Made by a program: the position numbers and the translations under genes. 64,000 nt of DNA from Bacilli bacterium (GTDB lineage: Bacteria; Bacillota_I; Bacilli_A; RF39; UBA660): NCBI GenBank assembly GCA_017522615.1, contig JAFWYR010000023.1:996-64995 (forward strand), written 5' to 3'. Numbering within the stretch: position 1 is the stretch's first letter; every line of letters starts with the position of its first letter. Shown piece after piece: positions 9,207-17,938 of the stretch. The notes under the pieces were generated by a model. It did not search any database. It worked only from the letters and a program-made list of their open reading frames with translations, and was not told the origin of the DNA.

Positions 9207-9301
9207 ATATTTCTCCTCACAATCAAGAAGTATTATACTTAAAAATAAATTTTAGTCAAATTATTATATAATATGTTATAATAAAAAAGGAAAGGTAGAT
9301 T

Positions 9302-10171
9302 ATGAACAAAGAGGAAATACTAAAGAGAAAAGGAATAATAGTTGCTTTAGATCAAAGTAGTGGCAGTAGTGAAAAGGCACTAATTGTATATGGTATTGAT
9401 AAAAGTAGATATAAAAATAAAAAAGAAATGTCAGATCTAATACATAAAATGAGAAAACGAATAATAACTAATAAATATTTCACAAAAGATAAAATAATAG
9501 GTGTAATATCATTTGATGAAGAATTAGATAGAAAAATAGAAGGAGAATATACATCTGAATATCTTCTTAATAAAAACATTATATCTTTTGTAAAAATAGA
9601 TAACGGATTAGAAAAAGTAAATGATGGTGTAGCTTTAATGAAAGAGATTCCAAACATTGAAGAATTATTATTAAAAGCAAAAAAACATGACGTATATGGA
9701 ACTAAAATGCGTTCGGTAATATATGAAAATAACAAAAAAGGAATTAGAAAATTAGTAAAGCAGCAGTTTGAACTTGCAAAAAAAATATATGAATTTGGAC
9801 TAGTGCCAATAGTAGAACCAGAAGTAAATATATATTCAAAAGAAAAAAAAGAATGCGAAAAAACTCTAAAAGAAGAAATAGATAGGCAATTAATAAAAAA
9901 TGATATAAAAATTATTCTAAAATTAAGCATACCAGAAATTGATAATTTATATGAAGAATATACAAATAATAAAAACATTTTAAAAGTTGTTGCTCTATCG
10001 GGTGGCTATGATAGAAGGACTGCCTGCGACAAACTATCTAAAAACAAAAAGATGATTGCAAGTTTTTCAAAAGCTTTTTTACAAGATTTAAGAGAAACTG
10101 ATTCCGAAGAAATATTTTCAGAAAAAATAAAAAATACAATTGATGAAATATATAATGCCGGAGAAAAATAG
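9302..10171 (+). CDS. Fructose-bisphosphate aldolase, class I
   Basis: The N-terminus MNKEEILKRKGIIVALDQSSGSSEKAL resembles the staphylococcal class I aldolase (...GFIAALDQSGGSTPKAL). The size (~290 aa) fits. Confidence 0.75.
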   Translation: MNKEEILKRKGIIVALDQSSGSSEKALIVYGIDKSRYKNKKEMSDLIHKMRKRIITNKYFTKDKIIGVISFDEELDRKIEGEYTSEYLLNKNIISFVKIDNGLEKVNDGVALMKEIPNIEELLLKAKKHDVYGTKMRSVIYENNKKGIRKLVKQQFELAKKIYEFGLVPIVEPEVNIYSKEKKECEKTLKEEIDRQLIKNDIKIILKLSIPEIDNLYEEYTNNKNILKVVALSGGYDRRTACDKLSKNKKMIASFSKAFLQDLRETDSEEIFSEKIKNTIDEIYNAGEK

Positions 10172-10190
10172 AAAGAAATGGTGATGGATA

Positions 10191-10445
10191 ATGAATAAAG
10201 AAGGTTTTATAAAAGAATTATCAAAAAAAATAAATATCAGTGAAGAACAAACTAAGGCTATTAATGAAGTATTAGAAAATAATTTTCTCATAGGAAAGAA
10301 AAACAAAGATAAAATTATAACAGAACTAAAAGATAAACTAAAAATAGATGAGAAAAAAGCAAATGAAATATACGAAAAAGCATCTGATATAATAAAAGAT
10401 GGATTAATAGATAAAATAAAAAATCCATTTAAAGATCAAGACTAA
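10191..10445 (+). CDS. Hypothetical small lysine-rich helical protein
   Basis: 84-aa ORF with a GTGATGG-type RBS region. No motif recognised. Confidence 0.45.
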   Translation: MNKEGFIKELSKKINISEEQTKAINEVLENNFLIGKKNKDKIITELKDKLKIDEKKANEIYEKASDIIKDGLIDKIKNPFKDQD

Positions 10446-10575
10446 TAATCTTGACTTTTTAATTATAAAAAATAAAAACATTATAATAATCTTGACTTAA
10501 TAAAAAAAAAGTGTTAACATTATAAATGTTTTATTAGAGATTTATCTAAAAAGCTTTAGTCAGCTCTCAAAAACT

Positions 10576-10652
10576 GCGTCCATAGCTCAATTGGATAGAG
10601 CGTTTGACTACGGATCAAAAGGTTGCGAGTTCGACTCTTGCTGGACGCGCCA
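10576..10652 (+). tRNA. tRNA-Arg (anticodon ACG)
   Basis: Cloverleaf folded by hand: acceptor GCGTCCA/TGGACGC, anticodon stem TTTGA/TCAAA with loop CT-ACG-GA, T-arm GCGAG-TTCGACT-CTTGC, encoded CCA. Confidence 0.95.
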
Positions 10653-10658
10653 TTTAAT

Positions 10659-10735
10659 CGGGAAATAGTTCAATTTGGTAGAGCACTACATTTGGGATGT
10701 AGGAGTTGCAGGTTCAAATCCTGTTTTCCCGACCA
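10659..10735 (+). tRNA. tRNA-Pro (anticodon UGG)
   Basis: Acceptor CGGGAAA/TTTCCCG, anticodon stem CTACA/TGTAG with loop TT-TGG-GA, T-arm GCAGG-TTCAAAT-CCTGT, encoded CCA. Confidence 0.95.
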
Positions 10736-10746
10736 TTTAGTAAATA

Positions 10747-10777
10747 AAAATCCTTATTTTAAGGATTTTTTTATTTT
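10747..10777 (+). terminator. Rho-independent terminator after the tRNA pair
   Basis: AAAATCCTT-atttt-AAGGATTTT hairpin followed by a T-run. Confidence 0.75.
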
Positions 10778-10880
10778 GAAAATCTACATTAAAACAAACA
10801 AAAGAATATAATCATTAGATATCGATTTAAATAAAAAAATATGCTAAAATAATAAATGAAAATTAGAAAGGTTTGATAAT

Positions 10881-11807
10881 GTGACAGAAAAGAAAGAAAT
10901 AGAAGAAATAATAAGAAAAGCACAAAAAATAAGTATATATGCTTTAAACGAACTATGTAAAAAATTAAATTTAGACTCAAAAGCAGTACTAAGTAATCTT
11001 CCAAACTTAAGATTTGGAAATATGAAACAAACCTCAATTGGAGAGTATTATCCAGAATCAAATGAAATAGTTCTAAAAAATAAAATAATAAATATTATAA
11101 GTAAATCACTAAAAGAACACCAAGAAAGTAAAGAGAATGTTAAAGAATGGTATATTATGGAAATAGCTGAAACAATCATTCATGAAACAATCCATTCTCT
11201 AAGGACAATTAATAGAAAAGGAAATGAGATAGACAATTTATACCTATCGAGAATATTACTAGATTTAGAATTTAACGAACATGAAATCGATAATGAGGAA
11301 AGACCACGTACCGTTTGCTATATTCTCCCAGATAAAACAACAGATGAAATAGAAAATCTAATGACAGAGGGAAATGAAAATGATATCTATGATATTATTA
11401 ATGGTTATCAAGAACAAATCAATCTTCAAGAAGGACTAGAAGAATGTTTAACTGAAGGACTAGCTCAAATAGCTTTGAAAAATCTATTACACAAAAGACC
11501 ACTTGAAGAAACATATGGAGAAATAATAAATGACCCTAAAACTAGGTTGGACACACTAATTGGTGTAAAAATCTTTCAAAACTTAGATGAAGAAATGATT
11601 AAATGGTTTTTAACAACAAGACTTAATCCTAACTATGAAAACTTAATAGAAGAAGAATACAAAGATGACTATTTAAAACTTTTAAAAGTCGCTAGTGGTG
11701 CTTATAGTGAAGTTGTAAATTCTAATGTCGATGAAAAATTAAAAAATTCTACATTAGAAAAATTAGATGAAATAATAGAAAGTAGAAGTCATAAAAAAAC
11801 GATATAG
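10881..11807 (+). CDS. Hypothetical cytoplasmic HExxH (gluzincin-like) metalloprotease candidate
   Basis: It carries IAETIIHETIHSLR (HExxH) and a downstream QEGLEECLTEGLAQ. The same two motifs occur in the 589-aa protein at 17939. No signal peptide. GTG start. Confidence 0.5.
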   Translation: MTEKKEIEEIIRKAQKISIYALNELCKKLNLDSKAVLSNLPNLRFGNMKQTSIGEYYPESNEIVLKNKIINIISKSLKEHQESKENVKEWYIMEIAETIIHETIHSLRTINRKGNEIDNLYLSRILLDLEFNEHEIDNEERPRTVCYILPDKTTDEIENLMTEGNENDIYDIINGYQEQINLQEGLEECLTEGLAQIALKNLLHKRPLEETYGEIINDPKTRLDTLIGVKIFQNLDEEMIKWFLTTRLNPNYENLIEEEYKDDYLKLLKVASGAYSEVVNSNVDEKLKNSTLEKLDEIIESRSHKKTI

Positions 11808-11821
11808 AAAGGATATAATAT

Positions 11822-12313
11822 ATGAATAAAACATTAGTTATATACTATTCATTTTCCGGTAATTGTAAAAAAATTGCCGAATATTCTAAGGAAAAATTAA
11901 ATGCAGACCTAATAGAACTATCACCTAAAGAAAGTTTTTCAGATGATTACGATGAAGTAGTTGCTGAATGGCAAAATAATGATATTAAAAGAGATGTAGA
12001 TATTAAAAAATTAGACATCGATATAAGTCAGTATGATAAAATTGTCTTAATCACATGCGTATGGTGGTACGGAATATCACCTGTAATGAAAAGATTTTTA
12101 AAAGAATATGATTTATCTAATAAAAAAATAATAGTTGCCGCATCTAACGCTGGATGGATAGGCCATGCCTTAAAAGACTATGAGTCATTACTTCCTAATT
12201 CTATTATTAAAGGAGAGTTAAATTTATTGTTTTCATCAGAAAAAGACAAAAGACACGAAATGATAACTTCTATTGATGAAATAGATAAATGGCTAGAAAA
12301 CATCAATGATTAG
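11822..12313 (+). CDS. Flavodoxin-like protein
   Basis: MNKTLVIYYSFSGNCKKIAEY is a typical flavodoxin N-terminal FMN phosphate-binding loop region. The size (~160 aa) fits. Confidence 0.7.
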   Translation: MNKTLVIYYSFSGNCKKIAEYSKEKLNADLIELSPKESFSDDYDEVVAEWQNNDIKRDVDIKKLDIDISQYDKIVLITCVWWYGISPVMKRFLKEYDLSNKKIIVAASNAGWIGHALKDYESLLPNSIIKGELNLLFSSEKDKRHEMITSIDEIDKWLENIND

Positions 12314-12322
12314 AGAAAAAAT

Positions 12323-12856
12323 ATGATTAATATAAAAAGTACAAAATTGTTATTTCTATATCGAACATTTTTATTCAAATTTACAAAATTTAAAACTGAT
12401 AAAGAAGAATTAAAAAATATAGTAAATGCCCTAAATAAAAAAAACAAAAAAGAAAGATATACATATATCTACGAAGAGACAATCGAAGCCTTAAATAAAT
12501 ATTATAAAGATGATTTTTGTGACTTTCAAAACAATCAATGCATAGCTCAGAGAAAATCTGGAAGTAAAAAGATAAATGGATGTTGCCGCTTTTGTCCTAT
12601 TGTAACAGACAAAGGCTGTCCATCAGAAAACATTTCATGTAAGCTAATTTATTGTAAAACATCGATTCAAAATTTTAAATTACTTAAACTATGGAATGTT
12701 AAAATAACTAAATGTCTATCACCAGGAAGACAGTTAATTTTAAGAGGAAATTTCTTTATTACTAAAGATGAATTTATTAAAGACCTATACGATGGAACAT
12801 TTATATTTCCTTTTAGAACCATTAAAAGGGAATTAAAAAGAACACTAAAAAAGTAA
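12323..12856 (+). CDS. Hypothetical Cys-rich protein
   Basis: Contains FCDFQNNQCIAQRKSGSKKINGCCRFCPIVTDKGCPSENISCKLIYC. No family recognised. Confidence 0.45.
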   Translation: MINIKSTKLLFLYRTFLFKFTKFKTDKEELKNIVNALNKKNKKERYTYIYEETIEALNKYYKDDFCDFQNNQCIAQRKSGSKKINGCCRFCPIVTDKGCPSENISCKLIYCKTSIQNFKLLKLWNVKITKCLSPGRQLILRGNFFITKDEFIKDLYDGTFIFPFRTIKRELKRTLKK

Positions 12857-12874
12857 ATAACTGGCAGTAGTTGT

Positions 12875-13174
12875 TTACTTTCTTTTTATATCTGATATTT
12901 CTTCAATAGGTAGTAGTTCGTTATCCATAGTAATTAAATGTTTTTTATTCATTCCAACAATTCTTTTAGTTAAAAACTTACCATTTATTTTTAAAATAAC
13001 ATCAGCTTTATAGACATAATCAGAAGACTTAAAAATATCCTTTATCTTCTTTCTAACATCTACATTTTCATCACCTTCAAAATCGTTTATATCATTTTGA
13101 CCATAAAATACTTTTTCATTATTTCCATTAGATTTTACTTTATTGGCAAATACACCAGGTAATTTTTTATTCAA
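12875..13174 (-). CDS. Hypothetical protein (99 aa)
   Basis: ORF with a GGGGGG-rich RBS region upstream. No motif recognised. Confidence 0.4.
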   Translation of the reverse strand: MNKKLPGVFANKVKSNGNNEKVFYGQNDINDFEGDENVDVRKKIKDIFKSSDYVYKADVILKINGKFLTKRIVGMNKKHLITMDNELLPIEEISDIKRK

Positions 13175-13209
13175 GATAATCCCCCCCTAAATAATCATAT
13201 GCATAAAAC

Positions 13210-14016
13210 TTAAAATTTGCTAAAGAGTTTATTCATTTTAAGTGTAATAAAATAACCTAAACATAATAATAATACACCGCAAAATAATTCAATATTATTA
13301 TAGCTGTTTTTAGTTAAATCAAAAATCATGGAAATCAAAGAACTGCTCATAAAGCCCAAGACACAAAAATAAGTCTCAGTTTTATATCTATTAAATAGAT
13401 ACCCCAAAACTTTAGAAATTAATATTGTACTAATCAAAAAGCCTAAGATAAACAAAAAAGCTATATTAAAAGAAGCAGAAAAAGATAAAATACTATTAAT
13501 GGTACCCAGCAAACTTTCATACCATCCTAATGCCATAAAAATAGCCGTCCCACTAATTCCAGGAACAATAGTCGTAAGAGATTCTATAGCCCCCATCAAA
13601 AAATAATGATTACCATTTCCAGACGTACTTCCCAAATTAGTAAGAATCATCACGGTAAAAAAACCAAGTATAAAAATAACAGTGTTTTTAAAACTAATTT
13701 TATGTTTTATTTCATCTGTTATTTCGGGAATTCCTCCGACAATCAGTCCAATAAACAAAAGCATAGTAGGTATATGCCATTTATCTAAACACCATAAGAC
13801 AAAATTGCACAGTAGTGAAATTCCAACGCCAGCCCCGCCTAGTAAAAAAAAGATAAATTTTAAATCTTCAAATTTTATTTTTAAAGGGTTTCCTAAAATA
13901 CCAAGTAATCTTTCATATACCCCAAATGAAATTGATAAAACCGCTCCCGATACCCCAGGTAATATTTTAGCTATCCCAATAATAAAACCTTTAAAAAATA
14001 ATATAATATTGTTCAT
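13210..14016 (-). CDS. DUF368-family polytopic membrane protein (polyprenyl-phosphate transporter-like)
   Basis: FKGFIIGIAKILPGVSGAVLSISFGVYERLLG and a second VPGISGTAIFMALGWYE repeat match the DUF368 pattern of a duplicated PGxSG motif. Confidence 0.7.
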   Translation of the reverse strand: MNNIILFFKGFIIGIAKILPGVSGAVLSISFGVYERLLGILGNPLKIKFEDLKFIFFLLGGAGVGISLLCNFVLWCLDKWHIPTMLLFIGLIVGGIPEITDEIKHKISFKNTVIFILGFFTVMILTNLGSTSGNGNHYFLMGAIESLTTIVPGISGTAIFMALGWYESLLGTINSILSFSASFNIAFLFILGFLISTILISKVLGYLFNRYKTETYFCVLGFMSSSLISMIFDLTKNSYNNIELFCGVLLLCLGYFITLKMNKLFSKF

Positions 14017-14102
14017 ATTCCAATATATGCTTAAATAACAAATAATAGTATAATAGTGATAAAAGGAAATAAAAATAATATAATTACTTAAAGGTGATAA
14101 AA

Positions 14103-14858
14103 ATGGAATTAAAAAAATTATTTATAATTACTGACTTTGATCACACCATCACAGACAAAGATAGTAACAGTAGTTGGGGAGTTTTAGAATCATCTACACT
14201 TCTTTCAAAAGAATCTAGAAAAGAATGTGAAAAATATAAAAATTATTATATGCCAATCGAAAAAGACTGTACAATTTCAGAAGAAGAAAAAAGTAAATAT
14301 ATGAAACAGTGGCTAGAAAAAAATTTAAATATCTTTATCAAATCAAAATTAACTGAAAAAGAAATAGACAGAGTATCTAGTAAAAAAGATTGTATGAAAC
14401 TAAGAAAAGGATCCAAAGAATTTCTAAAGTTCACAAATAAATATCAAATTCCCGTTATCATAATTTCAGCAGGTATTTCAAATATAATAGAAAATTTCTT
14501 AAAAACAAATGACTTACTTTTTAACAATATATATATAGTATCCAATATAATTAAATATAAAGAAGGCTATATTAAAGGATTTAGAAATGAAGCTATTCAC
14601 TCTTTGAATAAAAATGAAATAAAATTACCCTCGAAAATAGAAGAAATAATAAAAGAAAAAGAAAAAATAGTATTACTTGGAGACAATGTAGAAGATATAT
14701 ATATGATTCCAAAAGGAAGAGAAAATAATACCTTCAAAATAGGTTTTTTAAACGGTCACAAAAATAATAGAAAAAAATATAATGAAACATTTGACATAGT
14801 TTATGACGATGAATCTTTTACTAATGTTATCGATATATTAAAAAATACTCATGACTAA
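14103..14858 (+). CDS. HAD-superfamily hydrolase (5'-nucleotidase-like)
   Basis: FIITDFDHTIT (DxDxT motif I) and LLGDNVEDI (motif IV-like). ATG 14103 follows AAAGGTGA. Confidence 0.55.
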   Translation: MELKKLFIITDFDHTITDKDSNSSWGVLESSTLLSKESRKECEKYKNYYMPIEKDCTISEEEKSKYMKQWLEKNLNIFIKSKLTEKEIDRVSSKKDCMKLRKGSKEFLKFTNKYQIPVIIISAGISNIIENFLKTNDLLFNNIYIVSNIIKYKEGYIKGFRNEAIHSLNKNEIKLPSKIEEIIKEKEKIVLLGDNVEDIYMIPKGRENNTFKIGFLNGHKNNRKKYNETFDIVYDDESFTNVIDILKNTHD

Positions 14859-15481
14859 ACCTCATGAGTATTTAATTCTTTTTCAAGTGTTCTATTAGTT
14901 TCTTTTAAATTTTTCTTAAGTAATCTTTCAATTTCTTTGTGTAACTTTTCGTTAAATTCCTTCAAATTACCTTCAACTTTAAACGGTTTTCCATATCTAA
15001 TAACTAAATCTTTACTTCTAAATTTGTAATCTCCAGTAATCGCACAGGGTATAACTAGTGAATCAGTTTTTTTAGCCATACTTACAGCTCCAAATTTAAA
15101 ATCTAACAGTAATTTATCTTTATGTCTATTTCGTGTACCTTCTGGAAATATTCCAATAGCCCCGCCATCATTTAAAACAGCTAAAGCTTTAGATTTAGCA
15201 TTGGGGTCTTTCTTACTTCTATCGACTGGAATGCACCCGACAAATTTGAAAAACCAAGCAAGATGTCCCTCAAAATATTCTTTTTTAGCCATATAATGAA
15301 TAGGTCTTTTAGTTGCCATTATAGTTAAACACTGATCAAATAGATGTTTATGATTACACGCAATCACAATACTTCCTTTTTTAGGAATAACCTCTTTACC
15401 AATTATTTTAGGATTATAATATAATCTAAATAGTACTCTCATAATAGGAGTAAGCAATATATATCCAAAATTATTTTTCAT
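14855..15481 (-). CDS. plsC: 1-acyl-sn-glycerol-3-phosphate acyltransferase (PlsC family)
   Basis: ACNHKHLFDQ (HxxxxD) and IFPEGTRN motifs. The likely start MKNNFGY at 15481 overlaps the end of the upstream ligase gene by 11 nt. Confidence 0.8.
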   Translation of the reverse strand: MKNNFGYILLTPIMRVLFRLYYNPKIIGKEVIPKKGSIVIACNHKHLFDQCLTIMATKRPIHYMAKKEYFEGHLAWFFKFVGCIPVDRSKKDPNAKSKALAVLNDGGAIGIFPEGTRNRHKDKLLLDFKFGAVSMAKKTDSLVIPCAITGDYKFRSKDLVIRYGKPFKVEGNLKEFNEKLHKEIERLLKKNLKETNRTLEKELNTHEV

Positions 15482-17228
15482 TTTTTCTCGACCTCTTGTT
15501 TTCCTCTTGTAGTTTTCTAAAGTCAACCTTACCAACTATTGTCTTAGGTAGACTTTTTCTAAATTCCCACTCCGTAGGAATAGAATATTTAGCAAGATTT
15601 TTCGCACATAACTCTTGTAATTCTTTTCTAAGTGAAGCATTATCTCTATATCCTTTTGCTAGCACAATATAAGCCTTAGCTACTTCAACTTTATAAGGAT
15701 GTGGAACTCCTATAACCGTTGAATCAAGCACTGCCGGATGTCTTTCCAAAACTTCTTCAATCTGACTAGGGTAGACATTATATCCAGAAGAGATAATCAT
15801 TCGTTTAAGCCTTTGTTTATAGGTAATAAAACCATCTTTATCCATAATTCCAATATCTCCAGAATGAAGCCAAATATTTCCATCTTTATGAATTCTTAAA
15901 GCATCGTTTGTCTCTTTTTCATCGTTGTAATATCCCAGCATAACAGTTGGACCACTAATACATATCTCCCCATCAGTGCCATAAGGAACTTCTTCATCTG
16001 TTCCAGGTTTAACTATTTTAACATAGGTTCCAGGCCAAGGAATACCGACACTTCCAGGACGGGAAGCATATTTCAAATCAAAACTAACTGCCGCAACAGC
16101 TTCAGTCATCCCAAAACCTTGAGTAAAATTGGTTTGAGCTCCGTGCTCATGTAAGAAGTTATTTATCTTAGTAACTTTTTGCTTATTAAAGGAGTCACCA
16201 CCTGCGATTACATATTTTAAATTATTTAATTTAACTCTATCCATTCTTTCATTGTTAGTCATAGCCTCGAATAGAGTAGGAACTCCGACCAATACCGATG
16301 GTTTATGTTTAGAAAGTAATTTATCAAATTCAGAAGCTTTAAATGTCGGAATAAGAACCACCTTAGCCCCGACACAAAATGCATCATTTATACTAACTTC
16401 TAAACCAAACCCATGAAATATAGGCATAATTCCTAAAATAACATCATTACTATCTAAATCAGGTAAAGCAATTTTAGCTTGAATTGTCGCTGCATTAAAA
16501 TTTCCATTAGAAAGCACTATACCTTTAGGTATTCCAGTAGAACCACCACTTTGTAATATAGCCGCCGGAAAATCTTTTCCTGTGGACAAACTTTTTTCCA
16601 CAGGATAATTTTCTCCATATTTAATAAAATCTTTCCACATAATATAATGTTCATTTTTTCGAGGTTTTTCCACCTTATAACCTTGTGTGAATTCATATCC
16701 TATCTTCATGAAAATATTCATCGAATCTTTAGCAGATAAAATAACAGTTTTATAAACCTCGGTATCTCTTATTATATTTTTAATCTTAGAATAAGTTATA
16801 TCCAAAGCTACTAATACAACTGTTGAATACTTATTCAAAATATCTTTAATCTCATTTTCACTCAGCATGGGATGAAGCATATTACAGACCGCACCGATTT
16901 TATTAAGTGCATAAAAACTTATAAGAGCTTCAGGAACATTAGCTGAAATAATTGACACCACATCGCCTTTACGTACTCCTATACTTTTATAAGCCCTACT
17001 ACATACATCAATTTGATTTAAAAATTCTCGGTAAGTTATTTTAGTTCCAAAATATTCAATCGCATAATTATCCATATATCTTTCGGCATGTTTCTCAAAA
17101 TATTCGTAGATATTCATATTTGGAACAATTATATTCATATGTTTTTTATCATAAAATTTTCTCCAAGGAGCTTTAGGTTTTCTCTTAATTCCGATAAAAT
17201 GAAAAAAATTCATATCAAGTATTCCCAT
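15471..17228 (-). CDS. Long-chain fatty-acid--CoA ligase (AMP-binding family)
   Basis: ILQSGGSTGIPKG (AMP-binding P-loop), GFGMTE, GDIG..DKDGF and PKTIVGKVDFR motifs. Confidence 0.85.
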   Translation of the reverse strand: MGILDMNFFHFIGIKRKPKAPWRKFYDKKHMNIIVPNMNIYEYFEKHAERYMDNYAIEYFGTKITYREFLNQIDVCSRAYKSIGVRKGDVVSIISANVPEALISFYALNKIGAVCNMLHPMLSENEIKDILNKYSTVVLVALDITYSKIKNIIRDTEVYKTVILSAKDSMNIFMKIGYEFTQGYKVEKPRKNEHYIMWKDFIKYGENYPVEKSLSTGKDFPAAILQSGGSTGIPKGIVLSNGNFNAATIQAKIALPDLDSNDVILGIMPIFHGFGLEVSINDAFCVGAKVVLIPTFKASEFDKLLSKHKPSVLVGVPTLFEAMTNNERMDRVKLNNLKYVIAGGDSFNKQKVTKINNFLHEHGAQTNFTQGFGMTEAVAAVSFDLKYASRPGSVGIPWPGTYVKIVKPGTDEEVPYGTDGEICISGPTVMLGYYNDEKETNDALRIHKDGNIWLHSGDIGIMDKDGFITYKQRLKRMIISSGYNVYPSQIEEVLERHPAVLDSTVIGVPHPYKVEVAKAYIVLAKGYRDNASLRKELQELCAKNLAKYSIPTEWEFRKSLPKTIVGKVDFRKLQEENKRSRKNEK

Positions 17229-17232
17229 ACTG

Positions 17233-17808
17233 TTACCTCTCTTCTAAATTATCGCTAATTATCTTCATAAGTTTTTCATTTTCTTTAGTTAAATTATCAT
17301 CTATCACTGTATAACCATCTAAAAATTGTATACGTAACTTTCCTCCAAATATTCTATATTTTCCTTTAATAGTAAATGGAACTAATTTGGATTTAGTATC
17401 AAAAGACATTTTAACTGCTCCAATTTTAAATGGCATAACAGTATCATCAGTTTTATTAATAGTTCCTTCTGGGAATATTCCAATCAAATTACCAGTATTT
17501 AAACCATTTTTAGCTTTCATTAAAGCATCCTTATCGTGAATTCTTCTGTTGACAGGAATAATTCCCATATGTTTGAATATAATTCCTTTAAATCCTTTAT
17601 AAAGTTCGTCCTTAGCCAAAAAATGGATAGTTCTCTTTGTACAGCTCATAATTAACAAAGGATCCAGTATACTAGTATGATTTCCAGCTAAAATGCATGC
17701 TCCATCTAAGGGAATATTATCTATACCTATTATTTTAGGTCTAAATGATACCTTAATAAAAATTTTGATAATCGGTCTTGTTATTCTATATAAAAGTGGT
17801 TCCTTCAT
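17233..17808 (-). CDS. PlsC-family acyltransferase (second copy)
   Basis: AGNHTSILD (HxxxxD) and IFPEGT motifs. First gene of the three-gene minus-strand operon. Confidence 0.75.
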   Translation of the reverse strand: MKEPLLYRITRPIIKIFIKVSFRPKIIGIDNIPLDGACILAGNHTSILDPLLIMSCTKRTIHFLAKDELYKGFKGIIFKHMGIIPVNRRIHDKDALMKAKNGLNTGNLIGIFPEGTINKTDDTVMPFKIGAVKMSFDTKSKLVPFTIKGKYRIFGGKLRIQFLDGYTVIDDNLTKENEKLMKIISDNLEER

Positions 17809-17938
17809 ACTTCCTCCAATATTTATACATAACTAATTATAACATTATTACTTTAAGGTGTAAATAATAGTAAAAGATGTAAAAAAATATTAAAAATTAT
17901 GATATATTATTTATGAGAGTATAAAGCATTAAAAGAGG

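Noticed and set aside
10623-10811. 62-aa ORF overlapping the tRNA-Arg/tRNA-Pro pair.
   Set aside because: It is fully explained by two canonical tRNA cloverleaves and their terminator. The ORF is a translation artefact.
10446-11807. tRNA-Arg/Pro locus followed by an orphan HExxH gene, considered as a tRNA-targeted genomic island.
   Set aside because: There is no integrase or recombinase, no visible direct repeat of a tRNA 3' end downstream, and the flanking genes are housekeeping.
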